The notes beneath the pieces were generated by a model. It was given only the letters and a program-made list of their open reading frames with translations, had not been told where the DNA came from and searched no databases. Shown here piece after piece: positions 38,198 to 50,100 of a stretch of 64,000 bases of DNA; position 1 is the stretch's first letter; every line of letters begins with the position of its first letter. The translations under genes and the position numbers were made by a program. The DNA is taken from contig NW_026262745.1 in the NCBI RefSeq assembly GCF_021869535.1, forward strand, positions 85,808,001 through 85,872,000, given 5' to 3'. Origin of the DNA: Mytilus californianus. Its lineage: Eukaryota.

Positions 38198-41100
38198 GTA
38201 CGTCTAAATACCAACTATTGTACATTCTCATGACATTAGTCTTTGACAAGAGTAGAATAAGAGTCTTAATGAGAAAGGACAAATAAAATAAACAAAAAAA
38301 TCCCAATTGTATGTACAGTAATTGAAGAAAATAATAAGTTTAACATGTTGAAGAGTACTACTGTATATATGTATGAGCGGAAATGTGGGGTTAACACCAA
38401 TGAGATGGGACCAAACGACAACACCACCCTAAACCACCCCACCCATCCAAATAAAAAGACATAACTGCCATTCGGTTTTTTAGTTTTGTTTTCTGATTAC
38501 ACGATAGTCATTCATTTCTTTCAATTGTTTGTTAAAACCTTCTTTTTTTTCTCCATTCCGGGAATGATTTTTAAATTAGCCGATTGTCTCAATAATGATA
38601 ATTCAGAAATTTCTGTCCACAGGATTCAAGTAAAAGTTAGAAATCTATGTTGCAATTGATACCTTTTAAAGGGGGACAAGATGTTATTTGTTTTGCAAAC
38701 GATATTTTTTTGGACTAGAATTTTTTTTTTAAAAAGAAGTAAATATATTTGACAACTCAATCCTAAAAATATAAGATTTAAGGATTACATTTTTTTTTGT
38801 AAAAACAATATTCTGTATTTACAAATCAAAAATCACCTGCAAAATTTAGTACATGAAAAGATCAACCATACGCTGCCAAATGATATCCCTGACATGGTTA
38901 TAATGTATATCCATGGGAAACGGGTACTTTGATAGGGTTTTGGGCGAGATAGTACCTGTCACTTGATTTTCCTACCATAAGAAACAAACAAAACAATTGC
39001 AGTTAAACCTTACATAAAACAAATGTATACAATTAATATTAAGGGTGCTGTAAACGCCATGACTTGGGGTGAAGTCCTGCTATTTGTTTGGTTTAGCTAT
39101 TATATAAAACTAAGAAGATGTGGTAAAATTGCCAATGAGACAACTCTTCACAAGAGATTATGTATATTTTCGCATGCACTCTTAATCCGTACGTTGTTAT
39201 TATTTTATACAAAACTACATTATTCGGAATACATAAACAAATTGCAAATGTCAATATATCAGAATTTAAAGTTTTTAAATATATTAACTGGAATGATTGT
39301 GTACTTTTAATGTTATATTTGTTCTAGGTATGGCCTACGCCATGTTAGCAGATCTCCCACCTATTGTCGGACTTTATGTAGCATTCTTTCCCGTTCTTCT
39401 CTATTATATTTTTGGAACATCCAAACACATTTCAATGGGTAAGTATTAAATATAGTATTTTCGTTCCATTGTGGGAGATAACTACACATGCCGATGATCC
39501 ATTTGTTAATTGTCCAATTAAAAGTCTTAGTACAGTTGGCTTCGGAATAATTGTCCAATCAAAAGTCTAAGCACACTTGTCTTTTATTAGATTAAATGTC
39601 CAATGAAAAGATGCTCCGATCGTCTATGATCATGATATATAAATAGTTATTTGTGCTCATTCAAAATTAAATTTTGGGAAAGAAGAAAATGTAAAAATCA
39701 ATCTTTAAGAATGTGAATAAAAAATTGTAATCCAAGAAAAAAAGGATCGTTCCTTGTCTCGTTTGAATTCTTTATATGAACAATTGAAAATAACATACGA
39801 TTGCAAGTGATACGGTGACCTGTATATGAATACAATATTAGATAAGTCGTATGATTATTCCTGAAATTTGATAACAATCAGGACCAATATGTCGTTTGGT
39901 CTCTGGCAGAGAGTTGTCTCATTGGCACATCTTCTTATTTTTATATATAATCATAAAAAGGGAGGACTGATTTCTCTAAAAAAACTACTTTAATCTCGAC
40001 ACAATTCTGTGTGTCTGTCCCAAGCCAGGAACCTCTCCAGTAGTTGTCGTAGTTCATATCGATGTATCATGTGATTTGAAGAATTGTGTGTTGATGATTG
40101 ATCTTGGAATGTTTCTGTTAACGTTTTCACAACGTTTATAGACATAAAGAGCTCGACTTATTTTATAGACTCTTTAAATACAATGTAAGTAGTGTATAAT
40201 AACGCTTTCAGAGCAATAATGGGATATCAATATAGATGTTTTGCAAGTAATATGTTTGTCGTAAATGAAGCTATGTCCTTCAAGGAAGTTATGCGAAAGT
40301 CAATGTTTAGTTTGTTAAATGGCTTGAAAAAATCATTTGGTTAATACAATTCTCAGAAGTGGTTTTTGTATTTAGAGTATGGTACAATGGATATATCTAA
40401 ATTTTTAACTATAACTACTATAATACTGTAAATATTTTAACTATGTATCCTTTTCAGACAGAATATTTGGTGTCATGTATATATATATATATATGGATCT
40501 TATGAGTCTGGAATAAGGAGCATCTTATCTTATCTTATCTATTATAGACAAATGCCTATTGTTGAAGACAAGATCTTGCCCTCTAAATGTCTTTTGATTG
40601 TGTTTGTTATTGGGTTTCTGTCTCATTGACGTGTACCCAACAACTCTTTTTATTCATTTACAGCATCTCCTCCTTTAATATATAGCAATTTGTCTTATCT
40701 AATTTATTATTCTATTTAAGGCACTGTGGCTGTTGTGAGTCTTATGACTGGATCTATTGTTTCACAACTGAAAGAAAAGCCAGGAGTTATAACAGTCGAA
40801 CCCTACAATGTGACCGGTGGCAATTATACCACAACAACACCGGGTACACCTGATCTTATTTCTGCACTAGATGTAGAAAAGATGGCGTTAGCAGCGTCTG
40901 TATGTTTTCTTGTCGGTGTGATACAAGTAAGTGAATCTAAAATTTATATTTACATTTTTAATGATTTCCGTCGTTCTATTTTTTCCTTTGCCTTTTTCTT
41001 CACTTTTAATTTCCATGTGGGAATTTGGTGTTGGTGGTGTATGCCGTTTGCGGTAACTATTACATGTAAATATAGCTTGACGAACCAATCATAAAGCTTA

Positions 41101-44100
41101 ACAAATAATATTGACACTTGCCATTTTTAAAGAGCGTATACTAAGTTAACTTCAAGATTGTTTTTATCATATTGTTGGGATGCTGTCTTATTGACTGGCC
41201 TCTAAACAATAATTTATACTAGTTCAGTGAAATGGATGCCATACTAAACTCCGAAACATTCAAATGAAAGAAGAAAAAAAAAACACCCAAGACTAACAAA
41301 GGCTAGAGGTTATAGTATTGTTACTGTATATTAATAATTTATTTCAGGTATTATTTGGTGTTTTCCGTTTGGGATTTGTCACCACATATATGTCCGACCC
41401 TCTGGTCAGTGGATTCACCACCGGGGCTGCTGTACACGTGTTTACTAGTCAAGTCAAGTACATATTTGGATTAAAAATAAAACGGTTTCCAAACCTATAT
41501 CAAATATTTAATGTAAGTATATTTTAAGAAATCAAAAGTTCAGTTTATTTATGTTTTAACTACAGTTGTTGTAAAATGTAACGTTATAGAGGCAAAACAA
41601 ACCCAGAAAATCCAACTTCCGAAGCAAGATCATCATTCGGCTCTCATAAAGTTCTGTGTTGAATCGCCGGGCCGAGTTTACGAGATTCGGTCAATTTACA
41701 GAAAATCCTGCAATTTTGCATTAGTATTACCCCTCTCCCCAAGAAAACAAAACAAAAAACAACACAAATATCGTTAGTCATATCAATATAGTAATTGGAT
41801 GAATCTTTTTGAAATAATGGAGTACTATTATACTACAAACGAACTAACTTACATCGTGATGAACTGCTAGACTTGTTTTTATTCTACTTTAATTTGAGTG
41901 GATACTATATATGTTAAATTATAATACTGACTGAAAGCCAGGAAATAGTCCTAATGAGAAAAGCAGAAAGTCAGCATAATTCTCTGTGATATGTTTAAGT
42001 ATAGCATATTAGTATCGCTTAGACGTATTACACAACATTCAACACGCTTGTTTGCAAGTGTAAACTTTCAATATTCTAGAAAGATTTTGTTTAATGTATT
42101 ATTAACAAATTTCTTATTGCTTGATATTAAATTCACGATTTACAATATTTTACAGCAAATCAGCAATCTTAAGATAATTTTTAATAGATTTGTTATTTAC
42201 AGCAAATTAGCACTTCCTAGTGACAAGTTTAAATACTTTTGTTTACGACAATAAGCACTTTCAAGATAAGTTGAAACATTTTGTTATTTTACAAAAAATA
42301 CGCAATGTATGAAGTTATTTCATAGTTTTTTTAAGATAAGTTAAATTATCATTTTTATTTTTTCAGACGTACAAAGCAATTATTGAGAACATTGGTGATA
42401 CAAATCCCGCTACAATTATAATGTCGGCGATTTGTATTGTGATTTTATATATAGTGAAGGTTCAGGTCAACACAAGATTCAAGAAACACTTGAAGATACC
42501 TATACCTGTTGAATTAGTAGTGGTGAGTGTAGATTAGAGGGGGAGGTTTTGCGATCTCTAGTTTGAAGGCTTATTGGTAAAAAAAATGTCACGTGGACAT
42601 CGCGTTTGGACGAGAAACTGGGAATGCAAATTGATATACGGCATTAAGAGCCATGGACAGAATTGTGATAATCTAAAACAATTTTGAAACCATAAAAGCT
42701 ATTACGGAGTTAATAACCTAACACCATTAGGATACACACGAATGTAACAGCCCACACGGTATGGGGTTTTCTCATTGATGAAGGGCGTACGGTGGCCTAT
42801 GATATAGAAATAAGGAGATGTGGTATGGTTGCCAATGAGACAACTATCATACCGCATCTCCTTATTTTTTATATTGTAATACAAACTTATGAAATATTAA
42901 AAAAGTCATAATAACAAGATTGCAGTATTTATCAACTAATAAAAAATGAGTTGCACGATAGTAAACAATGTTTATATTATTTATTTATTTGTTTTGCTAT
43001 TTTTTTTACGATATTTTGATTGATATATAAACAAGGACACAGCTGTTACATTAGCTTTCCTCGTTTTTTATATCCCATTTGCTAAATATGTTCTCTACTG
43101 TAGGTAATCATTGGTACACTGGCGTCTCATTATGGACATTTTCATGATACATATGGAATGAAAACTGTTGGGAAAGTTCCTGCTGGGTAAACATATACTT
43201 ATATGATAATCTTGTCATTTAAAGTACTTTATAGTACTTTACATACGTATGCATATTTTGTTATACTAAAATAATCTAAAGTTTATCAAAATAAAGTGAC
43301 ATTTAAATTGTCACAACATTTTTTATTTCATAATCCAAGGTTCTTTCTTTGATTGCTCAACAAAAGATCGCGGACAATTTCAAGAGTCATTTCACAGTCA
43401 AGTTAAAGGTTATTGCCGTCCGTCTTGACGAGACCATAAGCTTTCCTCAATGAACCTCGATTTAGATTGATACATTGACAATCAGAAAACAACCTACGGC
43501 CAACTTATTTCATCAATAACTTAACATAAAGCATGACGAAACATATTGAATAAATGAGTAACATATACAAAAGTCGTATTTTCCCTTAAGTCATAATTTT
43601 AATTTAATATTTTGTGTAGTAGTAATCAAATGTTTTATTTTATCTGTTCGTATACTAGTTTCCAGTCAAAATATATGTTACAGAATTCGATGTTTCAGTG
43701 TCTAATGAATTCTAGGTAACGTTTTTCAAAAGCGTATACCAAACCGTTGTGGTTGGCTAACAACTTCATAAACAATAGGAATTCAACCAATGACTTTATG
43801 TTTTTTCTATCTTTTTGGGTACGAACTATGATTTACCCACCGTCTTTTAAATTCTCAAACTTCGAATTTCAAGGACAATTAATTTTTTTTCAGGTTACCG
43901 GAACCTAAAATCCCTTCATTCAGAGATGCTGCAGATAATTTCAGTGAAGCTATCATTGTCGCCGTTGTTGCATTTGCTCAGTCTGTTTCTCTTGCTGCCC
44001 TTATGGCAAAGAAACATCATTACAGAATAGATTCAAACCAGGTATACCTTGTCTAAATATTTTCCGATTTGTGTTTTCCATTTTGTATAGTAAATTCTCT

Positions 44101-47100
44101 TAATGTCTTTGGTTCGTTTTTGGTTATATCTTCTGTACATTTATATTATCAACAAACAGCTTAAGTACTATATTTATATTTTTAGTACATAGTTTTATAA
44201 GATCTCAGTTCTTAGTTTATACAATTTCCATCATAAATCAAGGATTGTTTTGAAAGACAATTTTTTTCTAAGACATAGAGGCGTAAGTTCTGTGAAAAAA
44301 ACGAATACGAAACACATAGTCTTTTTTAACTTTCCAAAGAATTCAATGCATATATATGACACATAAACACATACAACTTTTAACTAATCTAGGAATTCAC
44401 CGCATATGTATGACAGATAGAAACACATACTCTTTTTTACTATTATAGGATTCGTTGCTTATATATGACTCATAAAAACACATACTGTTTGTAACTAACC
44501 TAGGAATTCATTGCACATATATATGACACATAAAAACACATACTCCTTTTCACTATTCTAGGAATTCATTGCTTATATTTGACACATAAAAACACATGCT
44601 CTTTTTCACTATTCTAGGAATTCATTGCGTATACTAGGAACCATAAAACACATACTCTTTTTCACTATTCTAGGAATTAATTGCATATACATTGTATATG
44701 ACACATATAAAACACATACTCTTTTTCACTATTCTAGGAATTCATTGCATATGGAGTATCTAATATATTTGGATCTTTTTTCTCCTGTTACCCTGCTGCA
44801 GCGTCTGTTTCCCGTAGCTCTGTTCAAGAATCAGCAGGAGGTAAAACCCAGGTAAATAATCCATGTTGATTACTGAAAGACAGAAAATGTAATGGAATGA
44901 TTTAAATCTAGACCCACAAAGGTTGAAGATTCCTAATTGGAAGACAAACTGATATCGTCTAGCAAAAAACAAAGAACGACCAAAAGACAAACAGCAATCT
45001 ATATGGCACAACACAGAAAACTAAAGAGTGAGCAACATGGTCCTCACCAAAGTCTGGTGTGTGAGGAACATGATCCTCACCAAAGTATAGTGTGTGAGCA
45101 ACATGATCCTCACCAAAGTCTGGCGTGTGAGCAACATGATCCTCACCAAAGTCTGGTGTGTGAGGAACATGATCCTCACCAAAGTCTGGCGTGTGAGCAA
45201 CATGATCCTCACCAAAGTCTGGTGTGTGAGCAACATGATCCTCACCAAAGTCTGGTGTTTGAGCAACATGATCTTCACCAAAGTCTAGTGTGTGAGCAAC
45301 ATGATCCTCACCAAAGTCTGGTGTGTGAGCACCATGATCCTCACCAACGTCTTGTGTTTAAGGAACATGATCCTCACAAAAGTCTGGTGTGTGAGCAGCA
45401 TGATCCTCACCAAAGTCTGGTATTTGAGCAACATGATCTTCACCAAAGTCTGGTGTGTGAGCAACATGATCCTCACCAAAGTCTGGTGTTAATATGATCC
45501 TCACCAAAGTCTGGTGTTTGCAACATGATCCTCACCAAAGTCTGGTGTGTGAGCAACATGATCCTCACCAAAGTCTGGTGTTTGCAATTCGGTAGAACAA
45601 TATGTATAGCTGAACAGGCGATGTGCTGGTTGACATGATTTTTATACACTTTATTGTTGAAGACCGTATGTTGACCTCCATATGGTTTTAATATGGTGCA
45701 GGTTGCTGTCTCATATTGACTGGTACCCCACATGTCCTTTTACACATAGATACAATTACACATGCACGGCAGCAGCATTTGCTGAACATTCACTCTAGTA
45801 TTGTGGAAAAAAGTAAAATAACAAAAATACCACACTCCACTGAAAATTTCAAAACGGAAAGTCCCTTATCAAATTGCAAAATCAAAAGCTCAAACACATC
45901 AAACGAATTGTAAACAACTGTCATAGTCCTCCTGACTTGGTAGAGGCATTTCCTTAGGTATAAAAATGGTGGATTAAACTTGGTTTTATAGCTAGCTAAA
46001 CCTCTCACTTGTATGACAGTCGCATAGAATTCCATTATATTGACAACAATGTGTGAGCAAAACAAACAGACAATAATAGGTAAAAATGTCAAAAATTGCT
46101 TTAATATGACCATCGTTTTTCTTCGATTGGAAAAGGCATAGTAGAATATTGAATAACACGCATTTATTGATCCTAATAGACTAATAAAATGATTGTTCTG
46201 ACCAAAGACATATTTTCTTACACATAATGATTTATTGATAGCTATAACGTTCAAGTCACAATTATAATATTAATACATGATTAACATGTGTTGCATTGCT
46301 AATAATGTTATGTCTTTTATTATGAAAACAATCAATTATCAATTGTATACTTTAAACGAAGTGTTTATACGTACACACAAAATGGTCTTGATTTATAAGT
46401 TATCTGTAATAGAATATTAGTCTTTAAACGTCAATGTCATCATGCAATGTACTATCCCTTCGGAACACCATATCAACGTGACTTGCCGTGTACAAAACAG
46501 AAGATTTCTGCCAATGTCGGCATGTTTGAATTATCAATTAACAATCGGAACTCCTCGACATTTTTCTCTGTGACATAGCTTTGATATATGTTTTGCCTCT
46601 CATCACAAGCTACGCTATTGACAAATTCCTTATAAAATGATAACTGTCCTTTTTATTTTGTTTTTATAAATACATTTTTTTTCTGTAGACAGTAACATAT
46701 TTTTTTTCATTTGAGTGCGAAAAGAAAATAGTAACTGTTTTTCTAATCTATAACACAATAATGAATATTACCAGAACAAAACTTGTATCTGAAACAGTCA
46801 ATAGTATGATAAACTGTTTTATTAGTTCACTTTAGACCTGGTCGAAGAAACCTATCATTATTCAACGTATAGTTGACAGAAACATCTATAAAAACAGGAA
46901 AATTATAAGACGGAAAATTTGATTAAATAATATTCATATTTTAAAAGAAAATTTCTTCTTTCCTTTTAGCTTACGAGTGTATTTTCTGCAGCTCTTGTTC
47001 TCATTGTAATTTTGGTTATTGGACCTCTCTTTGAAGATCTACCAAATGTAAGTATTTCTTAAATAGGATAATTTATCCATCTTGCTGATATGTTTATCAC

Positions 47101-50100
47101 TGTTAAACAAAAAGTGACACGAACCTAAATAGAACAACAAAGAGATAATCATGCAATTATTTGAATTATCTTCATGAGGATCTGGATGTGGCGTGTACAA
47201 AATAGAGAATAATGGGTCCAAAAAAATAACAACAAAAAGAGAAAAATGAATTAAAATAAAACAAAAGGGAATAATGATGTCCTGAATTATATATATTAAA
47301 AAGATACAGAATACTTGGACAAAAAAGAAGGAATAGAGAAAAATAGCCTTAGAAATTAAGGAATGCAGAAATAAAGAACCCCTTCCAGACCGTCCGGTAC
47401 CTGAAAACCAAACATGTAAACCTTCTTTGAGTATCAAAACCACAAAGGACACAAAAATAACAAACAAAACATAGTTATTGTGACACTATGGATTCACTTA
47501 TGTACTTAACAAAAAAGTATAACAATGATGCTACTTCTGGATCAAATTATTTACCTTTACTGTCTGTCAAAGCAATTATTATTTTTATACATGAACTATA
47601 GCCACTATAGTCATAAAGTTTTTTTTAAAGCATTGATCGAACATCATTCTTCATAAACATTGCAATTAACTTATACTTCCAGTGTGTATTATCATCAATC
47701 ATCGTGGTAGCATTGAGAAGTATGTTCATGCAGTTGTTCCAGCTTAAAAAGCTGTTTCATGTATCAGCTTACGATTTTGTAAGTATGATTAAGAAACGCC
47801 ATAGCAAAGTGAAAGTTCCAATTTTTAAAGAGGGTATTTAATATTCGCTGTCTCAAATTATATTGCCAAATATAATACGTAAAACTTTTATAAAAATAGC
47901 ATGGTGATATTTAATATTTAATAAAATCTAATACAGAAATCATCAGTGATGTAGTCTGGCATTTTCAAAAAATTGGAAGGAGCCAATTTTGCTCGAAAAA
48001 GGGCAACCAAGAAAACCAGATAGAACAATTTGCAAAATACCAGAAAAAACCAACAACAGTCCATAAAACACCACATAAATAAAGGCAACAGTAGTATACC
48101 GATGTTCGAAATTCATAAATCGATTGAGAAAAAAACAAATCCGGGTTACAAACTAAAACTGAGGGAAACACATCAAATATAAGAGAACTACGACACAACA
48201 GAAACACAACATTAAAATGTAACACACACACAGAAACGAACTATAATATAACAATGGCCATTTTCCTGACTTGGTACAGGACATTTTAAGAAAAAAATGG
48301 TGGGTTGAACCTGGTTTTGTGGCTAGCCAAACCTCGCACTTTTATGGCAATGTTAAATATAACACTAAATGACACCATTACATGACATGAATACAGTACA
48401 ACATTACGGACAGAGAATTATGCAAATAAACAATACAATATAGTACCTTTGGACAACGAAACAACAGAAACACTGAAATGAACAAACAACAAACGACAAT
48501 GCAACACACACAGAAACAAACTATACGATAACAATTGCCATTTCCCGACTTGGTACAGGACATTTTTAAGAAAAAAATGGTGGGTTGAACCTGGTTTTGT
48601 GGCTAGACAAACCTCCTGCTTTTATGGCAATGTTAAATATAACATTAAAATGACAACAGTACATGACAGGACTACAGTACAAATAAATGGGAGAACATAT
48701 AGGACAGAGAAACATACGAATAATAGTTAACAAAAGGTTTTAAATTTAATACGCAAGACGCGCGTTTCGTCCACACAAGACTAACCAGTGACGCTAAGAT
48801 CAAAAAAGTACGAAAGCCAAAACAAGTACAAAGTTGAAGAGCATTGAGGACCAAAAGTTCTAAAAAGTTGTGCCAACTACGGCTAAGGTTATATGTCTGG
48901 GATAAGAAAATCCTTAGTATTTAGAATAATTCATACTTTTGCAAACAGTAAATTTATAAAAATGGCTATATAATAGATATACATGATAACACCGAAGTGG
49001 TGACTAACTACAGAATAAAAAAGGATACATAAAACAACATAAACCAGCACTTAAAATTTCACAGCCGAGTTAGCCAAAGAGATCAACGCAAAAAAAAGGG
49101 TGACGTCACATTTGAATAATGAACTAAACTAGTTTAACCCCGCCACATTCTATATGTGCCTGTCCCAAGTCAGGAGCGAGTTATTGAGTGGTGATTGTTG
49201 TTTTTTGCTGTTTATCATATTTGTTTTTCGTTTATTGTTTTGCATAGTGTGTTCTTGTGTTGTGCTGTTGCACCGCTGTCCCAGGTTAGTGGGAGGGTTT
49301 GGCGCCATCTAACTAGTTTAACCCCGACACATTCTGTATGTAACTGTCCCAAGTCAGGAGCCTGTAATTCAGTGGTTGTCGTTTGTTGCTGTGTAACATA
49401 TTTTTTTTCGTTCTTCATTTTGTACATTAATTAGGCCGTTAGTTTTCTCGTTTGAATTGCATCACATTTGTCATTTCGGGGCCTGTTATAGCTGACAATG
49501 CGGTATGGGATTTTCTCATTATTGAAGGCCTCACGGTGACATATAGTTGTTTATTCCTGTATCATTTGGTCTCTTGTGGAGAGTTGTCTCATTGGCAATC
49601 CTACCACATCTTTTTATTTTTATACACAGAATACTATGGAGTGAGCTACACGAACCCCTACAAATGCCAGGTATGAAGTCAGGTGTTTTGCAAAACCCAT
49701 TAAAAACTAGTCATGTGTTTCGTAGGAGTCAGCAGTTCCCGTTCCACTAGTGGCAAACACCATGTTATTCCTCTTAAAATACGTTGATGCATCATATTAA
49801 GTGTTTAGAGATATCACAACGCACAATAACGGACTCATGGATGTCTCTTGTCTTACAGTCCGTTTCTATGTATGTTGGCGTTTGCTTTTGTTGTAGTTCA
49901 GTGTTTCTGTTGTTCCGTTGTTTTCCTCTTATAGTTGATGTGTTTCCTTCGATTTTAGTTTGTCACCCGATTTTGTTTTTGCTTAATCGAAATATGACTA
50001 TTGAACAGCGCTATACTACTGTTGCCTTTATTTACCCTAAGATATCCCCAAATCTAGAAACCATTAGAAGATGTAAATTATCAATTCCAAAACATTGACT

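Noticed and set aside
44937-45497. 186-aa ORF of His/Cys-rich repeats ([11 protein letters not shown])n
   Set aside because: A 33-bp unit stays open in several frames automatically. It lies in SLC26 intron 8, starts at TTG, and derives from a repeat-family segment. No evidence it is a gene.
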